Source: Dimorphilus gyrociliatus (lineage: Eukaryota; Animalia; Annelida). Taken from it: DNA of 64,000 bases. The stretch spans positions 806,001 through 870,000 of the forward strand of contig CAJFCJ010000011.1 of assembly GCA_904063045.1 (NCBI GenBank), read 5' to 3'. This document shows positions 28,501 to 42,230 of the stretch, one piece after another. Positions within the stretch are counted from its first letter, which is position 1, and each line of letters starts with the position of its first letter. Under the pieces are notes generated by a model. The model was not told the origin of the DNA and searched no databases. It worked only from the letters and a program-made list of their open reading frames with translations. The translations under genes and the position numbers were made by a program.

Positions 28501-31500
28501 GTTTTAAGTTTTTGGGATCAGTTTTGTACTTTTCTGTACTATTATGAAAATGAAAAGACGGATGGGGAATTTGATTCAAAGCCATAACCTTTAACTGAAG
28601 TTGTTTTAGTTTTATCATATTATCAGCCGCTTTAATCCAAGCACCTTTTCTTGCTTTGTCATGAATATTCAAAGAAAATAAGAGGCATTTAAAAGATTTT
28701 GTCAAGTTTGTAAATTCATTTTGAACGATGTGATAAGCTTGAAAGTCCAGGTTTTTTAACTCAGCGTCAATTGCCATCAATCTTTGTTTAAATTGAGAAA
28801 CTACTTCAGCTAAGTCAAAAGAGTCTGTGTTCAGTAGATAGTCGTAAATTTCTTGGAAAAGGTTATTCCATTCAATTACGTTGTCTTCCATGACGTTAAC
28901 ATTAAGGATAACATTAGAGGTAACATTGTGTTCTATTTTATTACAATTTGTTTGAGTATTAAATCCTTTAGAAAGTTTAGTAAATTCATCTTTGGATCTT
29001 GTGTATGAAAATGCTATTAAAATTTCTGCCTCAGACTCAAATCTATCAATAAAACTTAAGTTAGCATGAGCAGAATTTTCTCTAGAAAATGAGCAAATAT
29101 AGCGTGTTATATTCCAAATAAATTGATTTGTGAAGAAAGTCGTCATATGGTAGTCTAATAGTTCAGCTTCTTCAAAAAGTAGATCTACTTGATCAATTAG
29201 CTCTTTTAATCTTAATCCCAATTCTTCTTCATAATTTTTCAAATCATTAAATAGATGACGAAATTTTTGTCTTACAAACTTGAGTATTACTCTTTCGTTG
29301 AATACTATAGTATTATCTTTCTTTGAAACTTCAACACAATGTACTACGTTGTTGCAACTAATAGAATATCCAGAAGTGTGTGCTTCCTCCATGATAGCCT
29401 TGAAGCTCGCATCAGTCGTTTTTAAGGGGTATAAGCCTTTTTTATCCACCACTTTTTGTCTGCCATATCGAAACCGATAATAAATTTCTATGTTGTCCAT
29501 TTGCTTAATAAAATTTTTAGGAATTGGGTTCAATGTCATATTTACTCTAAATTGTGTTTCAGTTGGAGAGTTTTGTTGCAGGCTATCACAGTTCAACGAA
29601 CCGTTATTGTTCGTTAGCTCTTCATTGAAAGAAATATCCTCCATTAGCGATGATTTTGGTATAAAATGAATATCTCCATCTGTCGTTTCAAATTCTTCCA
29701 AATTGGGTAATGAGTCTAAATAGAGTTTTATTTCTTTTGGTGGTTGGTTCAAAGTTTGAGCAATTTTTTCCAAGCGCAAAATAATTTGAAAAATTTTCTT
29801 CCAGATCTCTCTTTTTTCAGGTTCAGATGGTTTAGGTTGGCAACAAAGTGACTCCTTTTTAATGAAAAATTTAATAATGTCGTAAAATTGATTGCCTGCT
29901 TCTTCTTTCAATTGTTGCTCCTCTCTTTTGCTGAGCAATTTAATATCTCTGACAATCTCAGTATCATTTCTTTCATAACCTATTCTTCTTGAATGATCGA
30001 TAATCTAAAATGTACTTTTAAATGAATTTTAATCTTAAAAATTTCAAATTTCGTACCTGCCCACAGTTTCTTACAGCTAGGTCCGACCCAGTGAGAACTT
30101 CCTTTAATAAATTCTGACGAGTTCTGGAATCATCTAGACGCTCAATAACGCAGCGAAAATAGCTTTCACTTCCTGGTAAATCCGGATTACGAAAAGATTC
30201 TTTCTTATTTTCGAATTGAATAGTGATTGCACCTAGTTTTTTGTATTCTTTACAGAGCTTTTCACAAAATTGCTTTGTAATATCATTTAGATCACTTTTC
30301 TCGACGGTAATTGACCTTGCCTTCTCGTTAAGAAGAGAATTGGATTCCTATAGCACAATATTAAAAAATTTAATTTCTTTTCAGAATAATTTCACTTACC
30401 ACAACATGTCTATGGCAGATAAAGCTTGTTGTTTTATAAGTTCTAGGAGGAATACAGCAATCCAAATGATAAGAGTTATCGCATTTAATGCATTTATTTG
30501 TATCTGGTGAAGAGCATACTCTGAAATTTAAAGATTTTGAATCGCTTTTTCATATTCATAAACCTCATATTTTAAGTAATTAATATAATGTTAATTAAGT
30601 TGAAATTACGATGCTCAATACTATACATATACTATATATTTCTTTTAATTGAGTCAAATGCTCACTTTCGACAAACTGGACAGACTACTAGTCCTCTGAC
30701 ATTTGAACTCATTTCTTTAATTCCTATGGAATGTTCGCTTGGTTTCTTATTTTTGCGGTCAAATTTCCGTTTTCGTTCTTTAGGATTTGAACTTTAGTAA
30801 ATATTTAAAATAAAATATTATCTAAGTACTTTTTTTATCTTTTCCACTTTCATTCAGGAGATCATTCATTATATTTTCAAACGATGAAGGATTCCAATTA
30901 GCAAAGAACCTAGCTGATAATTCATCATTTCCAAATATTTGTTGCGTTGCTAGATGCTACAAAGGGTATCAAGTATTATTTTGGGGCCATCATTAAACTT
31001 ATACTCAAAAAAGACCTAACTGCTACCTGTAATAGAATCAAATTATCATACATTTTCACATCATTATCCTGTTTAAAAAAAGGAAGAAAAAAAATAGAGT
31101 AAAATATTAAAACACTTATTATTCAGATAAATTAGGAAAACCGACTGTAATATTGTTGAATTCATTTTCCCTTAAAACTTCAAAATCAGATGCTGTATAA
31201 AAAATTATATATGAAATTAATTAATTCATTCATTGAGAAACCTACTCTTTTTATCATTGTTGTTTGATTTATCTTCAAATATATCAGCAAGGTAGTTGTT
31301 ATCTAATTCAGCTTCTGCAGCAGAAGGAGAAAAATGTTGCCAAAGAAGGGAAAGTTCTTTCTTACGGCTGAGGTAGTAAGCGTCGTCAAATTTGATATTC
31401 TGAAACATTAATACTTTTGATGAACTTAACATTTCTTTCATTTTACATACCGAAATTGGTCCTTGACATTTGCTACATAACCAACTCAAAGGATCAGTTT

Positions 31501-31738
31501 GTGGTGGATTCCTAGGTGAATTTTTTTAACAGAATAAATTATAATTGGCTTAAGGAAAATATTAAAATTCTTACATGCAATATCCATGAATTGAGGCAGG
31601 ACATTTTTCACAAAATGTAAGCCTATCTCCTTTACCACACGAGCAACATCCTTCTTCATGTTTAAAATCTAAATGTTTAACCTCTTTCTTCTTTCGTCTG
31701 CCTCCTGACGAGCCCTGGGCTTGTTCCTGATGGATCAT
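25544..31738 (-). CDS. Highly divergent PHF12 (Pf1/Rco1)-like protein with two PHD fingers, a very large novel central exon and a degenerate FHA-like region; 5' end uncertain
   Basis: PHD1 CCSCGKGDRLTFCEKCPASIHGYCMNPP...WLCSKC. PHD2 CPVCRKVC...CIKCDNSYHLDCCIPP...FICHRH ends C-x2-H as in PHF12 PHD2. EKLDNAAIRSLA helix and HGTLLLVDE.SYSFQVL..EKMKIDNN resemble PHF12 C-terminal segments. Exon phases link these to the 946-aa ORF and the 218-aa last exon. Confidence 0.6.
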
Positions 31739-32789
31739 TAGGTATACATTGAAATTGTTCTATCCATTTTTATTATAACAAACGCCCACCATTTTCTGAA
31801 AAGTTATGATTTGGAAGAAATACAGTAAATAATATCGGGTTATCTGCAAAGCAGCTCAGTACTCTATTACGGTTTTTCCGAAATATTGTATATTATCGCT
31901 CAAAGTTGGAATAAAATTCATTCCCTGCAAAGGCAAGAGACATTCTTGTATTATTACTCCAAGAGATATATGATAGAGCAATTTTAAATATATTGCTACC
32001 TGTCTAAATAAAATTTGAGCTACTAGAAAGTCGCACAAAAAGCTCAAATTTTAAGAAGTATAGTAAATATCGCACTACATTCCGAATGAAACCAAGATTT
32101 TGGTTGGGTTGACTATCAGGACAATAAACTGTTCACCAAAAGATTTTTTTTAAAATAAAAAGTGTATTTCATGGAAAAAAAATATAGTTATATTTTCCTA
32201 CCGAAATAAATATAATTTAAATTAAAAAAAAATCAGATATATAATTTTATTGTGATTTCTTTTGTTTTTAGAATAATTTAGTTTCTCGCGTAAGTTCCTT
32301 ATACCATATAAATAGGGATATTGAATGTACACCAAAAACTAACATTAAGCTATAACATTTAACAACTGTTAGGGTTGTAACTATGAAATAATTTAAAGTT
32401 TAATTGATAATTTTGGCGGTTTGTTCTAGAAGGACTTTCAGACCTCTAACGCTGAAAAATTGTAAATTTTAATGAACAAATTTAAGTGATGAAAGTATAT
32501 GTTAAAATTGCATCAATACTTTTTATTTATTATCTTGCTTCATCATTTTTAAACTGAGTATAATAATCCCTGATACAGTGGCGTTACCAAGCGGGAGGTT
32601 CATTTCCTCTCAACTATCCGCTACTTGATATTATATTAACCGCAAGGTTCGCTGCTGTCGAAATGTTTTCATGATTTCAAAATCTTGACCTTAACTATCT
32701 TTGTATGGGTCAATAGCAGACGATTCTCAAAACTACCAGTTACTAGTCCATTTATTACAGCAGCATTTTGGCAAAATAGCGGTTTTACC

Positions 32790-35393
32790 ATGTCCTTCTT
32801 ACAAGGATTACGACGAATTCATTTTATAAATCATTGCAAATACACCTTTTTATCAGAAAGGTCTTTCAAGAGTAAATTCTTTAAATCAGTATCGTCGATC
32901 GGACTGTACAAGCATTTAATGAAATCTAAAGGTGACGTGCCGAAAGGCTTTGAAAAATACTTCCCTGAAACGCAGAAAAACCCTCTAAAAAAGTCTTCTA
33001 ATAAGAAAAAAGATGGTAAAAAATCAACCTCATTTGGTCAGGATAATAATCCATTTTCATTCAAGTTCGGTGAGAAAGGGAGCTCAGGTGGTGGAGATCC
33101 CAATACAAATCTATACTTTTATCTCTTCGCCTCCGGAGTTGCCATTTTAGGTTTTGTTGGACTTCATCAAGGTCAATATAAAGAAATAACTTGGAGAGAA
33201 TTCATAAATAATTATTTGAATAGAGGAAGCGTGGAAAAACTTGAGGTATTTCTATGTCTTTGCCCATAAGTATATGCTAAAAGTTTATTAATTCTAGTCA
33301 CTGACATAAGATGTTATTATTTATAGGTTATCAACAAACGATGGGTTAGAGTAAAGTTTCAACCTGGTTACCAAACAGATGGCAATCATACAGTATGGTT
33401 TAATATTGGAAGTGTTGAATCTTTTGAGAGAAATTTGGAAAATGCACAATTAGATATGAATATCGAACCCTCTAGTTTTGTTAACGTTGTCTATAAAAGT
33501 GAAACTGAATTGGCATCTCTCCTCACGTCGTCTTTGAATATAATACTTCCATTAGCTTTCATTTTTTGGCTTATAAAAAGGTCATCCAATATGCTGGGGG
33601 GAGGGAAACCAGGATCATCTGGTAGAGGAGCTGGGGGACTTTTTGGATTTGGTCAAAGTACCGCTAAAGTCCTCCAGGAGGATGTAGGGGTTCGATTTGC
33701 TGATGTAGCTGGATGCGAAGAAGCAAAATTGGAAATAATGGAATTTGTTAATTTTTTAAAACGACCTCAACAATATACTGATTTAGGAGCAAAAATTCCC
33801 AAAGGAGCCCTCTTAACTGGTCTGTAATATGAAATAGTACTCTCAATGATTTAAATTACTAACTTTAAACTGAAAATAGGTCCACCGGGTACGGGGAAAA
33901 CTCTTCTGGCAAAAGCAACAGCTGGAGAAGCAAATGTTCCATTTATAACAGTTTCAGGATCGGAATTCCTTGAAATGTTTGTCGGAGTTGGTCCTTCTCG
34001 AGTTCGTGATATGTTCACTACAGCAAGAAAGAATGCTCCTTGTATATTGTTTATTGATGAAATTGATGCAGTTGGTCGAAAGAGAGGAGGTAAAGGCTTT
34101 GGTGGTCATTCAGAGCAAGAGAATACTCTTAACCAACTATTAGTTGAAATGGATGGTTTCACGCCACAAACTAACGTAGTTGTGTTGGCTGCCACCAACC
34201 GAATTGATATATTAGATCCAGCTCTTTTGAGACCTGGACGGTTTGATCGACAAATCTATGTCGCCTCGCCTGATATAAAAGGTCGAGCTTCAATATTTAA
34301 AGTTCATCTTAAAGCACTGAAAACTGATGTAGACAAAAATGATCTTTCTCGGAAAATGGCTGCTTTAACACCCGGTTATTATTCCTATCTTTTTGAATGA
34401 CTTTCCCATAATTTATGATTTTGTTAGGTTTTAGCGGAGCTGATATTGCAAACGTCTGTAATGAAGCCGCCTTGATTGCTGCACGTGACTCGAATGAGTC
34501 AATATTGATGAAACACTTTGAGCAAGCAATAGAACGCGTTATAGCTGGACTGGAGAAAAAAACCCAAGTTCTTCAACCAGAGGAGAAGCAAACTGTTGCT
34601 TATCACGAAGCAGGACACGCAGTGGCTGGATGGTATTTACAATATGCTGATCCCCTCCTGAAAGTCTCTATTATACCCAGAGGAAAAGGTATAGCAAAAT
34701 TCAGTGTTTTAGTTTCTACTTAGATAAAAAATATTTAAGGTCTTGGCTATGCGCAATATCTCCCAAAGGAACAATATCTTTACACTAAAGAGCAGCTTTT
34801 TCATCAAATGTGCATGACTTTAGGAGGGAGGGTAGCGGAGGAGATATTTTTCAAACGTATTACATCAGGAGCACAAGATGATTTAAGAAAAGTTACTAAG
34901 AATGCCTATACTCAAATTGCTCAACTGGGTATGAATGATAGAGTTGGGCAAGTATCTTTTGATTTACCTACTCCAGGAGATATGACTTTAGACAAGCCTT
35001 ATTCGGAAGAAACTGCACGAATTATAGACGAAGAAGTTAGGAAGTTAATTCAAAATGCACATAAGCAAACTACTGAATTATTAACAAAGTATAAAGATGA
35101 TGTTGAGAAGGTAAACTGTATGCTCACAATTTGTAATTATACATTTTCTATAGAACATTATTTCGTGCCAGGTAGCCGTAAAGTTGTTAGAGCAAGAAAA
35201 ATTAGATAAAGAAGATCTTGTTAAGTTATTGGGTGATAGACCTTTTGCTGAAAAAACTACTTATGAAGAATTTGTTTCCGGTACTGGATCTTTTGAGGAG
35301 GATACAACGCTGCCAGAGGGTCTGAAGAATTGGAATAAAGAAGAGGGTGAACAAGATGAAAAAGAAGAACAAGAACAAGATTCAAAGTCTTGA
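32790..35393 (+). CDS. AFG3L2: Mitochondrial m-AAA protease subunit
   Basis: [66 protein letters not shown] zinc motif, GAQDDL. Start Met at 32790 is inferred. Confidence 0.95.
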
Positions 35394-35708
35394 AGTTTTC
35401 AGAATTCACTTCTTAAAAACTGTATAAATAAAATTGTTGAAATTTTTTATATATAATAAGATTTTCATTGTTAATAATAACATATGTTGTTGATCAAGTT
35501 AAGATTCAAGGTACTCTTACATTCACTTATAAATTTATTTAACATGATTAGCACGAAACATCTACGCAATATTTAATTATATATATACTTTTTTACTTAT
35601 AAATCTTCTTTATTGGGGAGGAAAGATTAGATTATGTCTAGTAGTTTAGAGATGTGAATTTGGTAGCCATTGACAACGACAATTTCCGGTTTCAGCCTAC
35701 ATTACAAG

Positions 35709-38700
35709 ATGGCGTACAAACTGCGAGAAGCTCCTGATCTTTTACAGAACGGTAATAAAAAGAATATCACAGCTGAATTTAAAAATAAACTGAAACAAGA
35801 AAACGGAAAAGAATTTGTTGAATATGTGCTTAGTGTCCTTTTCGAATATCCACTTTGTATTCCAGAAGGAGAGGTGATTGATTGGTGTGATATACTGATT
35901 GCGGATGGAAATAGTTTTGAAGAATTTTCAAAAATAGGTTAGTGAATTTAAATTTATGAGTGATATGACAACTAGCAGTAATAGATTATCGTCCATGCCT
36001 AATACATCAATGACTGATCGTTATTTAGTAGTTTATATATTTAAATTTGAGTAATTTTAAAATTATCTTATTTTGAATCGGCACCAGTCCTACCAAAATT
36101 TCTATAATATTCTAATTATTATGTGTTTTAATGAAAGAAATCTCTTTTTGTGATATACGATCAATTATAATGTGACTGGATTATATTACCTGATTATTTT
36201 GCAACAAGAAAAATTAATATAACACCTCAAATTATTGAGTCTTTTTTATTTTTTTGACTTAACTTTATTCTTATTTCCTTGAATAGTGAAAAAATTCGAT
36301 GATTCACCAACTTGTGGTCTTGTGTGGACGAGTAACTTTGTAGCATATCGCTGTCGAACATGTGGCATCAGTCCTTGTATGTCTCTTTGCGCTGATTGTT
36401 TTAATGCTGCTGATCACTCAGGACATGATTATAATATGTTTCGAAGTCAGGCAGGCGGAGCTTGTGATTGTGGAGATGGAACTGTAATGCACAAGAAGGG
36501 CTTTTGTCCAAGACATGGCCCTGGACGTCCATCTAGATGCCAACAAATTCCATCGGACTTGTTACTGTTACCACGAGTAGTTTTACCTAAGCTACTCCAG
36601 TCAATAATAATCCGCATCAGACAAATCTCCGCAACAGCAGGGGATGAATATGAGTCCCTGGACGAATTTTCCAATCGATTGATTGAAGTAAGAAACATTA
36701 TTTATGATTTTGAATTGCTAAGTGAGATTCATGTTTTGCAGATAGTTCAAAAGCTTTTAGATACAGGGACAGTTCTAAGGTCCCTGATTAGTCAAATATT
36801 TATTGATCAAGAGTTATACAAGAATATTAATAGAGGAGATTTGACAAGTGAGAATCAACAACATGCAGCCAAAGCATACCAAAACTATCTTCAGGAAAAA
36901 AAATCTCTCAGCAGTCTAAAGATACCAATGGAATTTGCTAATGTTGCAAATTTAGAAGATAATTTAAATCATATCTGCATATTAGATGAACTAATGTTTT
37001 GGATGGTTAAATATGATTTCCCCCAGAACATTGTCACTCTTATATTATCTATTTTACCAGATAAAGAGTATAAAAATGCCTTTTTACGAGCTTTCATTAT
37101 GCACTATTCACGAACTGCAGCCATTTTAGAACAACCCAGGCAAAAAAAGCATATCGCAAATAGAGTAGTTCATATATCTGTTCAAATTCTTAGTCCTGAA
37201 GAATTAGCAATGAAATTAGTGAGAGACTGGTCTTTGTTACATCGAATGACTGGAGCCCTCAATTCTATGCTTGTTAAAACATACGAACCGATATCTGAAG
37301 ATATAACTGAACTTAAGGTTAGAATTTTAAAAATTTAGCATATCCTAAAAATTCACATGATAATAAGAATATAAGATTTTTAATATCTTAAAAGTAATCA
37401 AAACATGTTACAGGTAATAAATTGCGATAAACCTGTGATGAAGGAACATTGCTTTTGGCCCATTATATCTGATTTTATAAACGTATTATCCCACCGTCCT
37501 GCAGCTTTAACTTTTATGACTGACAATGTCTTGATATCCTTTTGGATGGCTTTTGTTTCAAAGATTCAGGCAGTGAATATCAATACAAGAGAAACTAAAA
37601 CCCATGTTGAAATAGAGCAGGATACTTACTATTCAGCATACAACGCAGAGCTAGAGATTGCCGCCAGTCCTATGTGGTGTTTAGCAGTTCAATGCGATCA
37701 AAAATCACTCGGAGCAGCGAAAAATGTTCTACATCATTCTCTGGTCAATCTATTAAAATGGCTGGATGCATTAAAAATCAAGCCCAACACCAAGCTAAAC
37801 CCCCTTAAAGTCACTTTTCATCTACCCTTGCATAGATATGTTGCCGTTTTCTTTCACACTTTGACAAAGATTCAAGCTGAAAAAACCAATTTAGTGCAAT
37901 TTTTAGCTGAAAATGGTTTAAAAATTGATATTATTGAACTTTTAATTATCCATCCTTTAAATGTTCAGATCAGCTGCGCAGAAATCGCGACTGATATGTG
38001 GAATTTGAATGGATTACAAATTAAAGGTCAGGCTATGACATACAAACAAACGCATTTTTGTAACTCGATGGCAGATCCAGATCTTTATTTATTACAATTG
38101 GCTAGTTGCTGTTTACAACCTGATCATATCATTACAATGATACTAGAGCGATTTCATGTTCTAGAACTTTTAAGCATGGGAGAATCAACTTCAAATTTTC
38201 TCAAAAAGGAGCATTATCAGCCAATTATCGAGGCAGCTCTGACATTGTTGGCTACAATTTTGTCCAATCGAACAATGGTTGGTCTTAAAGAGGAGGAAAT
38301 TATTAAAAATGAAGTCGTAGCACTTTTATCAATGAACAACCGAACCTTTTCCCAATTAGCAGAGCTAATACCTGAAAAATGTGGAGTGTCTACTATGGAA
38401 ACCCCAAAAATTAAGAAACCACTATCTGAAGTTGCTACCTTCATACCACCAAATCTCTCTCCTTATGGCTTGGGTGGTCTACATCAAGGAAATTATGTTC
38501 CTAGTTCAGCTACTTGGCTCAATTTATTTGATCCCATTTTTACTTGTCATAGATCACTGGCCAGAAGAGATTATCAAAATTCATTAAATAGGTTTTTTCA
38601 ATATTTATATCAAAATAATTTTCTTTATACTTCTGTTTTCAGATTCACTAAGTTTGTTAAAACAGAAAATTTATATTCATCAGTCTGTTCTCCATGGCCT

Positions 38701-41700
38701 CCCTATAGAATGCCATCTGTTTTGTGCTCTCTCTATTCAAACCTTACGAATCTTCTTCATTGTAGAACTATGCATGCTCTACTCTTTGTTTTATTAAAGC
38801 AAGGTCTTGAAGGCTGCTTATTGGACGGATGTTTGTCATTAGTAATTCATCTAATTTATATGGCTCTAAAAATTAAGCCCGTTCGTTTGGAATCGGTAGG
38901 ACTTTTTCATTTACTATCTAAAGTTTTTAAAAATTTTAAATTTCAGGCTTCTCAGTCATCAGTGCCTCTAGATGGAGCTTCCCAGTATCCTCATGATAAA
39001 GTTCTATGTGAATTTATGCCAACAGATAATATCATTCAAAACGCTCTACATATTGTAACTCATGTACAAGTAGCTAAATACTTTCCAGATAATGAACAAT
39101 TTGATGGCTCTTTGGAAAATGAGAACCCATCTGAAACTATAAACGCAGAGTCATCGTCAGTCAATAAACCTTTCGAAAAGGAAACAATTAGCTCAGCTTC
39201 AAATAATTTTAAACGAACAACAACCGTTTTGGATGTAAATGAATCCATTTTAAGTTTGTTGACAAAGCTTTTCAGGAAACTTGCACCTAATAAGACTTTT
39301 AATGTAAATGATTACAACGATAACACACCTCCAGTTGGTGATGGAGCCTTTTTTATTGGACGAGTATTGAAAGAGTTCGTTGAAAACTCAGAACTCTGCA
39401 GGAAATTTGTTCATGATTTTTTTTCAACAAATGAAAGACAAAGTTATTCGGTAAGATTGTAAATTTAAAAACTTAAATTTTGTAACTTGTATATTTAGAT
39501 TGAAGAAAAGAGGAAAAAAGCTCAAGAACGTCAGAGAAAAATTATGGCTAAAATGCAAAAACAACAACAACAAGTGCAATCAAAATTTGTAATTAATGAA
39601 CCTGTAGAGAACATGGACGAAGACTTTGACGGTGATAACAATGAGGATCAAAGAGAATTACACTGCACAATTTGCAACACCAAAGGAATACCAACTAATT
39701 TAGATCCAATTTGTCTTGTTGCTGTGGTTTCTTCTAGTTCTGTCTTGGGACATAGAGTTCCTGTACCCGGTAGTAGAAGAGTCTTACCACTTGACAATAC
39801 AATTTCTACAAGACCACCTGAAACTTGTAAAGAATTTTGGAATAAAAGGGTAAAAATACAAAGCCAATTTTAAAAATGTACTAATTATAATTATCAATAA
39901 TCTTAGATTGAGAAATTAAAATTACTTTGCGATGAAAAGTTACTTGGAGAAGCTGTTACATTAGGCTGGAGTAATGGAATCAGAGTCAAAACATGTGGGC
40001 ATTATCTTCACAGCTCCTGTGCAGCTCGTTACCGACAGTCTTTAAGCAGGCGGGATCAACAAATTAAGATTTCTGATTTCGTATGCCCTCTTTGCCGCCG
40101 TACAGCCAATTGCATTCTTCCAGTATTGCAACCATCAAAGTCTTATTGTTCTGACGAAGATTCAGATTTTGAAAGATCTGCATCAATTAACGTAACTAAA
40201 TTAGAATCCCAACCTAACCAAAATAGCTTACTCTTCAAAAATGATCCTCAAAATCCTCAAAATTATTCCTCTAGAAAATTTCCTCATAGTACATTCACCT
40301 CTTTCTCGTCATGTAACTCCTACCAATTAGCAGTTGAACCAATATCGTACTCGGCTGAAAAAGAGTATCAAAATGAAATGAAAAACACGGTTACTGATTG
40401 TCTTCAAAGTAAATCTGTAAAAAACTTGAAAATTCCTGATTCTCATCTCTCCAGAGCGTTCAAAATGATTTATGCTCAGCTTGTTAAATTTATGGATTCC
40501 TCCTACAAAAATGACTCTTTATTAATTATTACCTCAATACTTAGACACAATGTTGTTGCGGATTTAGAAGAAAGGAGTAATTCTCTCAAAAACTTTTCCA
40601 AAGAATCGAGGAACTCCTGCTTACTTCAACTTTTGGATGTATTAGGGACAGTCTTTAAGGAATGTGTACCTCACGGTTTGTTTTCATCATTATCAGAAAT
40701 TTTCTTACAAATATTTTTTTAGGTTATACTGATCAATTATGGGCAATGCTGACAGGGGGCGAGCCTTTATCAAACTCCAGGGAGGTTCAAAGCTACCGCC
40801 AAATTGTACCTTTATTGATACGTGACCCTTTTTCTGTCTTTTTTACCATCCTTTTAAGTTTGCAAACACCCATTACTAGGAGTGTCTATCATGAATTGGT
40901 CAAGGCCGTTTTAACATTAAATCTCGTGCAGAGTATGACATCAATCTTGATTCAGATGACTCCAGATGAGCGGCAGACGTGGAATGATAAAACATTTGGT
41001 ATTCTTTTTAAAACATTTCAGGAAAGTTGTGTTTTTAAGAGCACAGAAGAAAAATCCCAGATAGGCTTATCTAGTTGTATATGGACTCCTGGTTCAGTCT
41101 CTTCAGCTGTTGATAGTGGATGCGTTGAATTTTTGAGAACAGCTGCTTATTTGAAATTTATAATTTTCTCAGATCCTTTATCTATTGAAAACAAAGTCCA
41201 AGAGATGAAAATACTCTTGACATATCTGGACTTAAAAGGTGAAACTGTTCAAGAATCTATCAATAATTTAAATGACCAATTAGTTATATCCTGGTGTCAT
41301 CAAATCAAAGGCATATCTAAAATGCCTCCAAAAGACATCATTTTCATGCTCAAAGCACCACCAATATTTTCAAGTCCAAAATTAATCGAATTACCTGAGA
41401 AATATGAACATTTTTTTTCTTATCATCATAAGGCCAAGTGTCCAAATTGCCAAATTCCACCAAAGGAACCTGCTGTGTGTCTTTCATGCGGACGGATAGT
41501 TTGTTTTAAGGCTTCTTGTTGTAGAGAGGATGGCGTTTACGAAGCGATAAAACATACAAAAGAATGTGGCGCAGGGACAAACCTCTTTCTCCTCGTTAAC
41601 TCTTCTGCCATCTTGGTATTGAAAATTAATAAAGTCGCCTCTTGGGGTAGCGTTTATCTTGATGAACATGGAGAGGAGGATAAAAACCTAAAGCGTGGGA

Positions 41701-41810
41701 AACCATTATTTCTAAGTTCTGAAAGATACAACTTATTGGAAAAGCAGTGGGCAACGAATGCTTTAGAAAATGCTTGCTTGGAGTGGGTCTATCACAGTAA
41801 CCAAATGTAA
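35709..41810 (+). CDS. UBR3: E3 ubiquitin ligase UBR3 (UBR box, RING-H2)
   Basis: CGLVWTSNFVAYRCRTCGISPCMSLCADCF...HDYNMFRSQAGGACDCGD, TFHLPLHRY, YKQTHFCNSMADPDLYLLQ, split RING (CTIC...TCGHYLH..C...CPLCRR), WGSVYLDEHGEEDKNLKRGKPLFLS. Confidence 0.96.
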
Positions 41811-42230
41811 ATTATCCTAAATATCATTTTGAAGCCATTAATCTCCAGTAAACTTCTTTTTGTATAATTCATATTTAAAGACATTTTTAGGCTAAAAGAT
41901 CTAATAAAAAAATTGCATATCTGATTCTTTTATGCTCTTGATAAATAATGTGTGGAAACTTCATGAGTTTTGTGGATAATTTTTAAATATCAACATAATC
42001 TAAAATTCTTTAAGATAGATTTCATGATTAAGGCCTCTTTCGAGGGTATGAGCTATGCATTTATAAATATCTTTAAACACACTATAAAAAGTTAGGCCTA
42101 ATCGATCGATCATAATATACGTAATATATAACCTTTCAGTTATCAATAGGAGTCGCTTTTGCATAATAACCGGAAATACCAGTCTGATCCAAAGCGTAAA
42201 TAGATACTCATATCTCATTTATAGTATTAT

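Noticed and set aside
27098-29938. 946-aa ORF as a transposon or endogenous viral gene
   Set aside because: No RT, integrase, transposase or capsid motifs, no terminal repeats or target-site duplication, and in-phase splice sites tie it to the PHD exons.
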